Origin: Chrysemys picta bellii
Taxonomy: Eukaryota
DNA: 64,000 nucleotides
Direction: 5' to 3'
Assembly (NCBI RefSeq): GCF_011386835.1
Contig: NC_088794.1
Span: 88,288,001-88,352,000 of the forward strand
The translations under genes and the position numbers were made by a program. Below the pieces are notes generated by a model. That model was not told the DNA's origin. It ran no database searches and was given only the letters and a program-made list of their open reading frames with translations. Positions 24,713 to 38,801 of this stretch are shown piece after piece; within the stretch, counting starts at the first letter, position 1, and every line of letters begins with the position of its first letter.

Positions 24713-27700
24713 TGTCATGAAAATTTTCTGGTTCAGCAGAAGCTTCCTGGGTCAAGTTTTGCCCCCCATTCCAGTATATAGTTAAATCAAATTAAAGGGC
24801 ACAGCAGTGGCCCGACATACTGGTGTGGAACAGAGCAGCTCCGACCTACTGACACCTTCAGGGAACATCTGAAAGTCTTTTTGGATAGTAGCTGTCCTTG
24901 CGTATTTACTACGGTATTCCCCCTACTATGGTAATCTGCTAGCACCAGTGTTTAGTGACTAGTGAATTGTCTTTCCCCGCTACTGTGTATGTCTTCATAA
25001 AGGCAGGCTAGGCTCTGTGTTTTAAGAATTTGTTTGCTACCATAAGTCAAATCTTTCTGCTTCCAGACTAATTGTGAAGTTTGACATAAGATTGCAAGTG
25101 CAGGTGGGAACACACGCAAGAACAGACTAGCTCATCCCCAAGAACCTCAGCTCACTCTTACCAAGAGGGAAGAGAAACAGAAGCCATATTCTCCCATCCC
25201 CACTGTCATTATGAAGGCACTGTGGGTCTTCCTTTAGCGTTTCTTTAACCCCATTCTCTTAACACTGGCTCTTTGCAGGTTAGACTCTCCCCATCCCACT
25301 ACCCCCAAAAAGGGGAAAAAACCCTATCATGTTGTTGTGATAATGCCCTAAATTCCACCCTCCATTCCAGCTGCAAGCTCCAGCACTGGAACATTGTTAG
25401 CATGCCCTGATTCTTAGCCATCTTAGTCCTTTGCTGTGTCCACTAGTTTGTTGCATATTCTCTAGATACATTCTCTTTCCCCTCAGAAAATATCTCTTGT
25501 TTCAGTAGCCTCAAACCTTTTTAGTTCAACTCCATTCATTCTTTAATCCAATCTGTTAATTTTAGGTGGAGTCCTGAATTAATGTTTTCTGAGCTGAGAC
25601 TACCCTGCATTTTGTCAGCTGTGGTATTTGGGCTGTTTGCGCTCCCATGTAAATTGACTGTAACTTGCTATGGTTAGGAGCGATGTATTGGGGGTTTATT
25701 TACTGTATTTATTGTGCTCCAGAGTGACTGGTCCCACAAAGCTGAGAAGTCACTGATTCTTTCTTCTTCCCCTTCACTCTTTTTCCCACTCCCCCTGCTC
25801 CCCCATAATTGGGTTCTTATTATGGTATTCCCACATTTTGGTTTTTTGTGATGGTATCCCATAGTGCATTTATAGAGCTCCATACATCTGGCAAGTTGAT
25901 TATATGAGTGGTAAAGTGCATAGAAAGCTTCCAGATTTGGAGAATTTGTGCAGCTTGCAGCTGATAGTGCTGGCATTGGGGACATCCAGCCTCTCTTCTT
26001 TCCTCATTGCAGATTGGAATGTCTGCACTTCAGCAAAGAGGTACAACTAAACACGCTCTTGTTGCTGAAATTAAAAAGGTACCTTTAATTTTAAAGGGTC
26101 CGCATCCCAAAGGCCTTTTAAACCAGAAATCTGATTCCTTTGGAATAATACATATTGCATTATTCATTTATTTTTAAGATTGACTGACTGAATTTTGCTA
26201 TTCATTAAGCAACAGTAGCCAAGCTTCTTCCAGCTCTGCTAGTGTATATTTCTTCTGACCTATAATGCCCTGTTTCACTGCAGCAGGATGTGTGGGAGTG
26301 CTCTTTGTTGAGTTGCTGCTAAACTGTTGGGCCATCTGCAGCTATAATATTGACAGTGTTTAAACAGTTCTTTACTGAATATGTTAAAAAGACCATGGCT
26401 ACAGCATGTCTAATTGTTCTCATCAACACAGGCATGACAAGACCATGGTATAACGGTTAGCTGGTTCTCAACACTGTTTAAACATTAATTTCTTGGCGCC
26501 TGTCTATGCTGAAATACAATTGCAAGAGTCCCAGTAAGAACACTGTTGTCCCTTGACAAAGTTAAGCATTGTCCTGTTTTGTAGTGTATACAGGACTGGG
26601 ACTAGGCTAAATCCTTGGACAGCCCTAATTATGCTGCATGGCAAGATGGAACCATGCTTTTATTGGGTCAAACAATAACCATATTTTAACGGGCTTCCTT
26701 GACATACATAGTTGCTTGTGAGGTAGTTTTATGAAATGAGCAGCTACACCCTAGAGAGTAGGCTGAGGCCACCAAAGTAGTCTTAATTTCATATCCAAGT
26801 GTATGCACTGCAGTTTGTAAATGTGCAGAGCTAGCATGTTAGCTGACTGGCATGTAGAGAATTGTGAATAGACTGCATTAGGTTTTTTAAATACTCTCCA
26901 TACTTCCAGCTTGCCCTTTAAAATTAGGTGTATGATTCAAAAGCAATAGAAAATACCGACTCTTCTTCAGTGCCGTTTCTCTTGAATTTGTCTCAATGGA
27001 GGGGTAAGTGATTGGGGGAGGTATCAGGGCAGAGGTTGCAGAAGTGTATTATCAAAGGCCATGGTATTGCTATGAAAGAAATGGTTGTTAATCAGAGGTG
27101 GAGATCCTGTTAAGTGTGTGTGTGTGTGAGAGAGAGAACTATCTCTAGCACAGCTAAATATGCTTTTGTTGTGCAATATTGCCCTAGCTGTGGGGGGGGG
27201 GGGGAACCCAAATCTCTAGCATTGCTGAAAGTAAAATACAGAATAAATGACTACTTTTTCTCTTGAACAATGGGCCTTAAAGTGGGAGGGTCACAAGGAA
27301 GATATGTTGCTATCTGGAGACCACTTCGGCTCAGGTATGAAAGTTAAACAGTAACATCTGTCTGCCAAGAATAAGCACTCTTATCAGGTAGGCGGGGGAA
27401 GTGAATCAAGGTGGTTTGACTGTATGGTAAACAAAACTTTCCAAAATCCTGTCCACCTTGAAAGGAACTGTCATTTGAAGACTAGGTGATAACAAATGTT
27501 AAGCCCTTTGCCCTTGTTAAAAATGTTTGCCTTTACTGTTGGGTGTTTTGAATAAGAGCTTTCCAATTGCTGCCTAAACTGCTTTAGAGCTACAGATGGT
27601 AGCGGTTCTTCCATATTTGCATCTGTGTGTGTTTTTAGTTGACTCTTAGGCGGATGAGGGTAACTTAAGCCAGTAATACTTTGAATAAAGACTCATGTGG

Positions 27701-28868
27701 TGTGGCTTTCTGGAGGCTCTGTGTAAGGTTGCCTTCAAATGGTAGGGATAAGAGGCTGAACTTTCTTTTTGTGTGAAAGAAGCCTATGTGCAGCCATTCC
27801 TCTCTCCAACAGAAGATAGTTTTTGCTTTGCAATTGTTCCGTTTCTCTTGAGCACCTGACCAAATAGCACTTTAGTGTCACCGATCTGCAGTTACATAAG
27901 TCAGTCTGCTGCTGTTTTCTCTTCCTCCCCACCTCAAATATCCGTTATGCTGGGTGTATTTTAGGACTTGAGACTGAGGGGCTAGCCATGCAAATGTGTT
28001 TGACTGATTAATTCCAGGCCAGTGGCTTTTTCAGAACATATATGAACTAGAAAACTGCCCGTCCATTATGATTCACTTTTAATTGCCTGAACTTGGAAGA
28101 AATGCCTATTGGGAACATTGGAGGATTGAGGAGATTTTAGCAAATGGATTTAATCGTTGTCTTCCAGTAAATCACCTAGTCTAAAGATGCAATAAGTTAG
28201 CTGTTTTGGTGAAAGAGGAGGATTTTTGTCTTTATTTTTAAAGCCCTGAGTTGCATATCAAATTCACAAATTGAAGAAAGTAATAATGGAATTGGGTAAG
28301 TGCCTTTGAAGAATGGATTCTATGTTTAAAAACTGGTTTTCATGATGATTGATAACTCCTTTAAGTCATGTAGCATTTCAGCAAACCTTAACTTCCCAAA
28401 TGGAGTGGAACCTGTTTGTCATAGTGAATTTTACAGTGCCTTATGACAAACAAAACCAACAAAGTCCACAATCCACTCGCAGGTTCCACAAGAAAATAGT
28501 GGGCCGTTAGACTTATTATCCTGGTCAAAATTTGGTAAATGATGCTGGTTCATATTTTTCAGTATAACTTGTTTGGGTGTTCAGATATTCAGAGCTCATC
28601 AGTGTAACATAGGTGGGACAAAACCTACCTCTAGCCTGCCTTTAATACTCCACTCTTGCAATAGTGACCATAGTAATTTTTAACTCCATACTCAGTCTCT
28701 CCTAAACATGCTACTGTTTGGAGTACAGTGTGACCAGCCAGAGATGGGAATGGAAGACCTATTAAAAACAAAATAAATTAGCCTGCTGTGTACAAGTAGT
28801 GATCCTCTAATTTCAGTAGCCTTTATACAATCAATCATTGCACTGTGAGGAAGGAACCTAGTCTCTAA

Positions 28869-29147
28869 GGGCATGTTTACATTGCAGCCGGGAGCAAGCC
28901 TCCTAGTCCCAGTCCAGACTCTAACTAGCATGCTAATAATAGCTGTGTAGACACTGCGGCTCTGGCAAGCCAGCCAAGGCCAAGCCGCTCGATTACCTAC
29001 ATTTGAACTTGGGTGTCCAGCCTGAGTCTCCACCAGAGCTGCAGCATCCACACTACTATTTTTTTTAGCACTCTAGTTCAAGCTCCATTAGCATGAGTCT
29101 GTCTGCCCAGCTGGGAAGCTTGCTTCAGCTGCGGTGTAGACATACCC
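28869..29147. mobile_element. Harbinger-like MITE
   Basis: TIR gggcatgtttacattgcagc / gctgcggtgtagacataccc, flanked by taa / tag. Confidence 0.85.
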
Positions 29148-29259
29148 TAGAAGGTAAGAGACTGCTTTAGGATACCTGCCTAAGAAGGGAGCAAGGCATG
29201 TGCAGATGCCTTGCTCTGGTTTCTCTTCAGATCATATAAATCTTTCGCCTTTTACTAAA

Positions 29260-29610
29260 GATTTCCGTGGAGAGGAACACTTATACATTTCTACCCACTT
29301 CCTTCCTCCCTCTCCCCCCCCCCCCCCCCCCCAGTTCTTTTTGCCTCTTTAACAGGGATTGCAGGCTTTGTTCACTTCCTGTTGAGCTAAGACGTGTCAG
29401 CTCTACCTGGTGAAAGTTCTCTTGCTCTTCTGCTTCCTGGTTTCCTTTAACGTGAGCTGGGGAGTGCTGAGGAGGGGGAGAAGAGATTCTTGATATATAA
29501 TAGACACACACACACATTCTGCTAACACTGAGTATGAGAGCTATTGTGGTGCCATACAGTTTGCAATGGTTTTTGCAGGTCCTGGAAAGCACGCAAACAA
29601 CTTCCCCTTT
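29260..29610. promoter_or_regulatory. Candidate ETS-motif cluster (intronic enhancer or alternative promoter)
   Basis: cacttcc 29296, cacttcctg 29373, gcttcctg 29432, tttcct 29441 and acttcccc 29600 in apparently non-repetitive DNA. Motif evidence only. Confidence 0.3.
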
Positions 29611-30572
29611 TTGCCAGTATTTCAGGTACTGTATACCTGGAAAGTAACCTGGATGCTTGACAGCCAGCTTCCCAGGGAATTGGAGAGTTGGTGTTGCTGA
29701 AGAAATGTGTATTACCATACTACATTACAACTTACAGGAATGCTACCACATTCTGTTGCTGTAGAACATAGCACTATAGAAACGGGGGGAGTACCAGATG
29801 TATTGGGATGGACATGGGACAAGTTTTGCCCAAGTATGGTATGTTGGGCAGCTCTGAAACAGTTAAATGGCCTGCATACATGAGCAGTGCGTTCCACTGA
29901 AAAACGTGCCTTGCCATTGAACCAGCTTTTTAGTGTGTGGTGACAGGAAAGCCCCACCTTTAGCTAGCTGCTCTTAACAGTATTCAGGAAGTTTGGCCTA
30001 TGCTATTCTCATATCTATTGTCTTTGTGTTTTTGCATTAAAAGGGAAATCTAATCTTGTGTAATATTTCTGTGGAGGATCAGGACAGTCTGAGTCAACCT
30101 GGCTGTGTGCTCTTAAGCAATCTTGTGAGAAAGCAAAACAGAAATAGGAGCTTCAATAGTCCCTGCTTTCTGAACTCTCATGTCTCTCCCTGAGCTTCTG
30201 AAAGATCTCTGGGCCTGAATAATTCAGAGTTCTTGAGCTGCATGCAGAGTAGCCTCTTGTGGCTACGAAAAGGTGAGAGACGTACTCCAGGAATAAGCGG
30301 TGCACACTTGATGAATGCACATTTGAAAGAGGGCAGTTGGAAATGTTGCTGTTTCCTGTAATGGTGTTACTACTTGTCTTCCTTTGATGTGACCACCTTC
30401 TAAAATCCTTGCTATGCAATAATATAGTGGGGCACAGAGGAACAAACAAAAAGCGATTGTGTCCGTCTCTTCTCTGGTGTGGCCTGTTTCCTCTCATTCT
30501 GTTCTGGGTTTTCCGTCTCCATTTCCTCCCCTGTTTGGAAGGTAGGGCAGTGAGAATTTGACCCAACTTAAA

Positions 30573-30883
30573 GGCTATACGTAGCTTGTAGTGTAGGAGT
30601 GAGAGTCCCAGCTCACGTAGATCATCTCATACTAGCTCTCATCTGAGTTTGCATGCTAAAAATAGTTGTGTAGCCAAGATAGCCTGGGCAGCGGCAGCAT
30701 GGGCTGGTTGTCTGAGTTACATACCTACAGGGTTTGCGTTGACTTGTACTCGGGGCAGCTATCCTGTACCACCGCTTGATGCTGCCCATGCTGCTGCAGC
30801 TACAGTACTATTTGTAATATGCTAGTGCAAGTATGTCTCCGAAAGCTCGGACTCGCACTCCTAACTCCTAGTATGGGGTAGCC
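30573..30883. mobile_element. Harbinger-like MITE (degenerate)
   Basis: catgctaaaaatagttgtgtagcc...gctacagtactattt inverted core, shared with 1648 and 28869. Confidence 0.7.
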
Positions 30884-31957
30884 ACACTTGCGTGTCTATT
30901 TAGAGGAGAGTTTCAGGTAATTGTTTGCAACTTCACAGTGGGTCCTCCCTGATTAGTCACTGACTTTTCATCTTTCTGGAGGAGCTGTACCAGTTTAACA
31001 AATTGAGACCTGTGGTGGTTCATCCAGGGCCGCCCGGTCTCCTGTTCAGATCTCTTCTCCAACCTGCAGCGGTGACTGGCCTGCTCTAAAGCACAGCCTC
31101 CTCTCTCTGCAAGATCTGTGTTGGGAGCATCTCAGGCCTCAGTCAGTCATGCATGCGCTAATCACTGTGGATTTGGGGCACAACAGGGCCCAGCACAAGG
31201 TCTTATCATTAAGGAAGGAAGGGACAGTCCCAGTCACCAAAGCCTGAAGTACCAGTACAGGTTAGCAAAACAACAGGTAGGAACCACTGGATTAACAAAT
31301 ATTACCAGCCAGTGCACTTCTGGTGCCCGGAGCTCCTTTTAAAATGCTTGCCTAGCTGTTCAGTGTGTGGTTTTTCTTTTTTAAATTGCAGTATGTAGTT
31401 TACATAGAAGCCCAACAGTTGGGCATCTTTGTCTGGCTTCAAGAGAGTTGAGGAATAATTTTCCTCCTATGACTCAGACTGCTCTGCAGCTGTGGTGCAC
31501 ACATGGGTTTTTTTTCTTCCTCTTTTAGGTACATACCTTCTTTTTGTGTCTTGTGTTCATTCTGAAGCTCTTCTTCCCACTAGCTTGACAATTACATTTC
31601 ATAGTGTCTGTGAAGGGATTTTCCTTTTAAACTTCTACATGGCACAATTCTTTAAGCAAGTGAAAGGCAAGATTGAGCATAAAACTGCTGAGAGCTCTTT
31701 TCAGATGCAAAATGAAGTTATTGATTAAGGGCTTTTACCTTTTGAACTCCCGGGATGCTCTTGTTCCTCTTTCTGACATGTCTTTTTGGATGTTGGATGG
31801 GCAAGGAGAAAGTGAGGGAGTTCCAAGCCTGATGAAAATTAAGCTGATTGTTTGACCTGAAACTAAATGGTGTCTTCTATCCTATCAGCTGAGACCCCTG
31901 AGCTGACTGTTCTTCATTTTTGTGTACCTAGTGCTGGAGGTTCTCTGTGGAAGGCAC

Positions 31958-33100
31958 TGTGACGGGTTGGCTCACAGAAACCCCCTTGGGAGCTGCCACC
32001 CGATGTGCAAAGACTACCCCTGCTCCTGTTTTCCCTGCCAGCTCAGGACTCCAGCACCCTGTCTTGCTGAGCCAAACACTCCAGTCCGCTCAAACACAGA
32101 CCCAGGGTCTGAATCACTTGCCCCAAAGCTGCAAGTTTACCTGAAAACAGCTCACAGAAGTGTGCTTGTCTTTAGCACTCAGATGCCCAACTCCCAATGG
32201 GGTCTAAACCCAGATAAATCCGTTTTACCCTGCGTAAAGCTTATGCAGGGCAAACTCCATAAATTGTTCGCCCTCTATAACACTGATAGAGAGAGATGCA
32301 CAGTTGTTTGCTCCCCGGGGTATTAATACATACTCTGAGTAAATTACTAAAGAAAAAGTGATTTTATTAAATACAGAAAATAGAATTTAAGTAGTTCCAA
32401 GTAGTAACAGACAGAACAAAGTAAGTCACCAAGCAAAATAAAATAAAATGTGCTAATCTATGCCTAATCAAACTGAATACAGATAATCTCACCCTCAGAG
32501 ATGCTTCAGTAAGTTTTTTTTTTTTTTTTTTTCTCAGACTGGACACCTTCCAGGCCTGGGCACAATTCTTTCCCCTCGTACAGCTCTTGTTGCAGCTCAG
32601 GTGATAGCTAGGGGATTCTTCATGATGGCTCCTCTCCCCTTTGTTCTCTTCCACCCCTTTATCTTTTGCATAAAGCGGGAACCCTTTGTCCCTCTGGGTT
32701 TCCACCCCCCCTCACTGGAAAAGCACCAGGTTAAAGATGGATTCCAGTTCAGGTGACATGATCACATGTCACTGCAAGACTTCATTACTTGCCAGCACAC
32801 ACATTTACAGGAAGACTCACAGGTAAACACAACCATCTGCAGACAATGGGAGTCAAGATTCCAAACCATCATTAATGGCCCACACTTTACATAATTACAA
32901 TAGGCCCTCAGTTATATTTTATATTTCTAGTTTTAGATACAAGAGTGGTACATTTCTACAAATTGGATGATCACACTAGTAGATTATAAGCTTTGTAATG
33001 ATACCTTACAAGAGACCTTTTGCATGAAGCATATTCCAGTTACATTATATTCACTTATTATCATGTTTTTATAAAACCATATAGACTGCACAATGTCACA
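31958..33100 (-). mobile_element. Solo LTR (Gypsy-type), 1143 bp
   Basis: TGTGAC...GTCACA termini with a perfect 5-bp TSD ggcac (31953-31957, 33101-33105). Strand is inferred relative to the 58020 copy. Confidence 0.88.
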
Positions 33101-35177
33101 GGCACTTACCTCTGGAGCTTACTCCCTGCATATCTAACAGATGCGCACCTGTCTCAGCAGAATGTTATTGATTGCAGGTACAAGGGTGTTAAGAGGTTAT
33201 GGTTTTTTATAGTCGTAGTCACAAATGCCTTGAATGACAATGCAAAGTTCAGTTTTCCCTTTAATTGCTACACTGACAAAACAGCAAATTGACTATGTCC
33301 AACAAAGCCAAATGTACCAGATACTGCTATCATCACTCTTTATCACTATGTAGCTTTTATAGAGATTTGTGCGTGCTAATAAACTGAAATACATTGAGTC
33401 ATGAGACATGTATATGTTCTAACAGCAGCAAAGGGAGGACAGTGCCAGGCAGCTAGTTGCAAAATACTAGCCTTCATGAAATACTGTTGTGTTTTTAGGT
33501 TTCTGTAATTTTTTTTTTTTTAATTTCAATGGAAGTGTTTGTTAAAACATTTCCATGCAGTGTTAGAATCCTAAACCAAGCTACATGGTCTCGTGTTTGA
33601 GAACCAGAAAGTGAAACTCATTTTCTCTTTTGCAAGTCATTTAACTTGGTCAATAAAACTAGATGGTGAAAAACTGGATGTTTGAAAATTGCTTTTTCTG
33701 ACTATTGAAGGTGATGGAATTTGAAAGAACTGATTCCTGTGCTAAGAATTTCCCTTTTTAAATTGGGTTTGAAATAATATTTGATTGTTGAACATACTGT
33801 GTGAGCCTTCCCTAAAAACTGTCTCTCCTCATATTAACTTAACTACTCTTTGAAACATTTTCTCTCACCCTTCAAAAAGTGAAGGTGTGGATGTTTTCAT
33901 GTCTGGAAATCGGAACAGCAGTCCTTAAACTCACTTTGTACTTAAAACTGTTGCTTTCAGTTGTACCTTTACTATATCTATAAAGGAGTGCCATCCTCTT
34001 TTCTGGGTATGACTGATAACTAGTCAGATGGCAAACTAGTTGTATGGGAAGCTTTGATAACAAAAGGATTTCCCAGTTGGGCACCCTCTTCTAGCTATAA
34101 TGCTGCAGTACTGTGAAAGGATATTCCAACCAGATGCATAGCATGTGGATGCTTTTAGCCATCTAAGTTGAAACACAAGTACAAAGTTTAAAGGGTGGGG
34201 AAGAGCATATTTAAAAGTTCATCTCATAAAGCCAGCCTTCATTGCACATAGACTTTGTGGTTTCGTTTCCTGAAACTGAAATCAGCACAGCTGTATAAAC
34301 TGGAAGAGCAGTCTGGGTAGGTGTATGCAAATCAGCAAGCCAATCCAAAATTGCTTCAGAATCAGTTTCCTGTTAGTAAGTACCTTCTCATGCTTGTATA
34401 GGCTTTCAAGAGGTTCTGTAGCTTTTCTCATTGGCTTTTCTTCATTTTCCTTCCCTGAAACCCACTCAGTTAGTTTGTGATTTTTTTTTTTTGTTGTTTT
34501 TAGGTCTTATTATTTTTGGAAAGTGCTCTGGAACATTTTGTGCATATGGCCCTCTGCAAATGTACTGTTGGATTGATTAAGCTGAAAATATGAAACCTAG
34601 CCTCTCTGATGCAGTGTGTGTGTGTGTGTGTGGGGGAAATGCTGAAACAATAGTTTCCAAAGGGAATTTTCTTCAAAATCATGTTTTAAAAGAAATCAAC
34701 TGGAGAGGACTGCAACAATATTCTGTATTGCTCCTTCTGTCTCTAAATTAAGCCCCCACATGATTTCATACTTTTACTTACATTGCTGCTCAATATATTA
34801 AATAAGATGATTCTAGGAAACCTTTCTTAATTCTCCAAAAGTTGGCTGCTGTTCATTGGTGGGTATAATGATCCCTTAGTGTAGTGTTCTTGTAATTGTT
34901 TTTGTAATTCTGCAGTGATTAAAGGTGTCTTTTTATTAATACAATCATCTATATCTCCGTATCTATTGCCCATAACTTTTTCCTTCCTCTTATCACTAAT
35001 ACTTGTAAGACCACTCACAACAGGACCCTGTTGGCTGTAACTTGGCACTCAAATCCTGTGAAATTACTCTTGAAGATTAGCTGCTTGTAGTACCAGACAA
35101 AGCTTTTCCTTTCTAGTGCAATGCTTTACAAATGCTGTCACTATTTTAGTAACTCCATTCAGTGATTAGGGAGGCTG

Positions 35178-35641
35178 TAGGTATGCCTACAGCCACTGTG
35201 CGCTGTAGCACTGTAGTGTAGATGCTTCCAACATGGACAGAAGTGGGTTTTCCTTCGATGTAGGTAATCCACCTCTGAGAGGCGATCGCTAGGTCAATGG
35301 AAGAATCCTTCTGTTGACCCAGCCATGACTACTTGGGGGGTTAGGTCAACATACCTGTGGTGCTTGGGGTGTAACGTTTTTCACAGCCCTGAGCAACAAT
35401 GCCAGATTGACCTAAGTTTTAGGTTTCAGGGTAGCAGCCGTGTTAGTCTGTATCCTCAAAAAGAACAGGAGTACTTGTGGCACCTTAGAGACTAACAAAT
35501 TTATTAGAGCATAAGCTTTCGTGGGCTACAACCCAAGAAGTGGGTTGTAGCCCACGAAAGCTTATGCTCTAATAAATTTGTTAGTCTCTAAGGTGCCACA
35601 AGTACTCCTGTTCTTTTTAAGTTTTAGGTATAGACCAGGCT
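35178..35641. mobile_element. Harbinger-like MITE interrupted by Penelope-like insertion
   Basis: Same family as 12679. The terminal gacctaagttttaggt..agaccaggc is split and duplicated around 35423-35618. Confidence 0.75.
35423..35618. mobile_element. Penelope-like fold-back mini-insertion
   Basis: 35-nt tail plus a perfect 78-bp inverted repeat (35458-35535 / 35541-35618, loop agaag). TSD aagttttag at 35414-35422 and 35619-35627. Confidence 0.92.
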
Positions 35642-37672
35642 TGTGTCTCAATGGGGACTGACATCTGAATTGAATTAACATTGTAGTTGGTGGTAGGGTA
35701 GGAGGCTGTGCCTCATGAAGCAGATTAGGATTGAGAAAATCAGTGTTCTGTTACAAACTAGTGAAAAATCAAGCTATTTTAAAGCTGTTTTAAGGTAACT
35801 ATTTGGTTTAATTCTTACTGTGGTTAACTGAACAATTTTAAAGCAACTGTTGAATTATCTGAAGAACTTTTAAAAATAGAATTGTTTTAAAAGCTTTCAG
35901 TTACATTAAATTTGCTTAAGCTATTAATTTAACCACAAAAAGTAAACAGATAAAATTATCTTAAACAGCTTTGAAGCAGGTTTCCTTCCTCTCTCCCCCT
36001 CCCTGCCCAAATCCCCAACACACTCCTAATGGGAGTTGAATTTTTTTTCAGTCACCATCTGCCTCATGAGGATGCTGAGATGACTTGCGTTTTGCTGTTA
36101 AATTCTTATTTTGGGTACTTATTTTTAAAATAGCTCGGTTCATGTTCTTCTTAACCACCACATCTCGTTACAACCTTCTGTACCACATTTCAGTTTGCTC
36201 TAGGTGTCACCTGCAATGTGGCCATAAGGCAAAAAGGGTCTTTCAGGTTGTTTTTTCCCCATAAGGACTGCTGTGCACACCCAGAATTCATACATCAGAA
36301 GCACTCTCCACTATGTGCCTTCAAGATATGATTATGTTGTAAATATTCCTTTGAAGGAGGCTAACTGGTTAAATTAGAGAATTCTGATGTGTGTGAGGAT
36401 GTTGTTCATTTTATCCATGTGAGTCTCACATGTGGTATTGAAAAGTGGGCATTCCAGACTCACCAAGTGCTTCTCCAATCAAACATTAAGACGGAATTAA
36501 GGTTTAAGACTCAGTCCATTTCCAGTGTTCCAAAAACAGTGATGTAGAATATATCCCTATTAGACAGCACAAGCAACCAGGAAGTCTCAAACTCCTCCTG
36601 TCCTCAGAGCATCAGAACTACTTGCATCTGCTTGAGTCCTTTTATCATGACCTATGATCACATGGCAATTCAAAGAGCACTTCCCTAAGAGACCCAGGAG
36701 TACTGCCTTTGTGAAGTGGTGAGACTAGCAAATGATTCATAGAGGTGGGAAAGCATGTAAAGGGAGATGACTGTTTAGGGAGTGAGGGAGAAGAGTTGGT
36801 ATCTTCCAAAGCTTTGGAGGAGAAAAGGCATAAGCCCTGAATGAACCAGCAATTATCTCAGAAAAGTTTTTGCCACATGTGGAGTGTACACGCCAGTGGA
36901 AATAGCTTAATAAATTTTTAAGAGCAGGAACTATGTTCTCCCCAGTTTCAGTGGAATTAAGTGCCTACACTAGGGGCTCATTGTAGCAACCACTACTACA
37001 CTATCAGAGCAGCTGACTCATTTCCATTTCAGTTCATTTAGAAGTGTGTGCAGGTATGTGCAGGTGAGATTTTAGTGCTGGCCAATGGGATGCTGCTTGA
37101 GACACCAGCATATTCAGTCATGCACTGCGAAAGATCATATGATGGCTGGTATGGAACTATAACCAGGAAGTGGCAGAGATTCCCCCCCCCCTCCCCTTTC
37201 TGGATGCATAGCATTCCTTGCAAGGGTGTGTAGATGTTGATTTCATAACTGTGGAAGACAGATTCCTATTTTATGGTCCATTTTCTGTAACTGTTTCTCT
37301 TTCAAGAGGCATATTAAGAAGCCTATATAAAGAGTTGCTGTATTGTACATTTCAAATTTAAATGGTCTGATTAAAGAGGTACACCCCACAGCTGTACACA
37401 TTACAGATTTACTGTTTGGTTTTTTTAAAGAACTGGCTAATTGTGAGCCATTTAGAGTTATGTATTTGCTCAACAACCCTGAAATGTTTACTTGGTGTTC
37501 AGGGCGTGAGGCTTATTTAGAGCCATTGTTTCAGTTTCTGCTTGTTTTTTTTTTTTTTCTTACAACTCTCCCTCCACCCCACAATTAAATTTAACCAACA
37601 TATTCTTACAGTAAACATCATCCCAATAACCAGATTAGCATACAGTATTCATAAATCAGAGCAGCACCAGAT

Positions 37673-38768
37673 TGTGATGCTTCCTGGAAGTACCCAGGGT
37701 TGAGAGACACCTCACTACCACCTGCCCTTAGTGTGAGGAAGCCTTGTCTGTACCTTACAGGACTAGAGGTTGGCTCCCTGACTCCACTAGCCACATGCAA
37801 CACAAGTACTTCCATCTCAGCCTACACAGGCTCCTTCTGCAGGCAGCAAGAGGCACACCCCAAGCCTTCCCTGCATCTATAGAGTGTCCAGCCCCGGGTC
37901 CACTAGACGCTTCCAGAATTCCCAGATTCTCTGCTCCCAGTGAAACACACCCGATCACCATATTCCCCTCAGATCACCACTTTGCACAACACTTAGATTT
38001 GTTTGTAGTAGAAACAAGTAGTTTATTTAACAAAGCACCGAGATTCAAGTGATAGCAATAGAAATATTTGAAAACAACTAACTACATGCCAAATAAAATC
38101 ATAACTAGGACCTAGACTTAGTTAACTTCATTAGACAGGAAAATGTCTTGTTTTGCTCACCCAAAGTTTTTCTTCCAGTCCTTAACAATCAGGTTGGCTG
38201 TGACACTCCGTTCATAAGACAAGAATGCCGGCAGCTTGTCCCCTAGATCGGGGTTCTCAAACTTCATTGCACCGCAACCCCCTTCTGACAACAAAAATTA
38301 CTACTCAGCCCCAGGAGGTAGGGAGTGAAACCGGAGCCCTGTTGCCCAGGGCTGAAGCCCTCAGGCTTCGGCCCCAGTCTCCAGCAAGTCTAAGCCAGCC
38401 CTGGCGACCCCAATAAAATGAGGTCATGACCCACTTTGGGGTCCTGACCCACAGTTTGAGAACTGCTGCCCTAGATGAAGTATTCAGGGTGTTTCTCTGC
38501 CTCTAGTTACAGGTCCAACACTCCACTGTCTTTATTCCGAAACAGCACACCTCCTGCTGCTTGTTTTTTCATGTGGAAAATCTCCCCTGTAGCTTTCGCA
38601 ATCTTTTGATTAGCATTTTGCTCCGTTTGTAAATAAGCAGCCATTGTGAAGCACACAATACTCAATTTACATATAGCCAGACAGATAAGTGTTTTCTTCT
38701 TAAAAGCAATTTATTTATCTTTTGGAGACCAGCCCCAATTCACAGGCCATAAGAAGGTAGTTTTCTGG

Positions 38769-38801
<33 letters not shown>

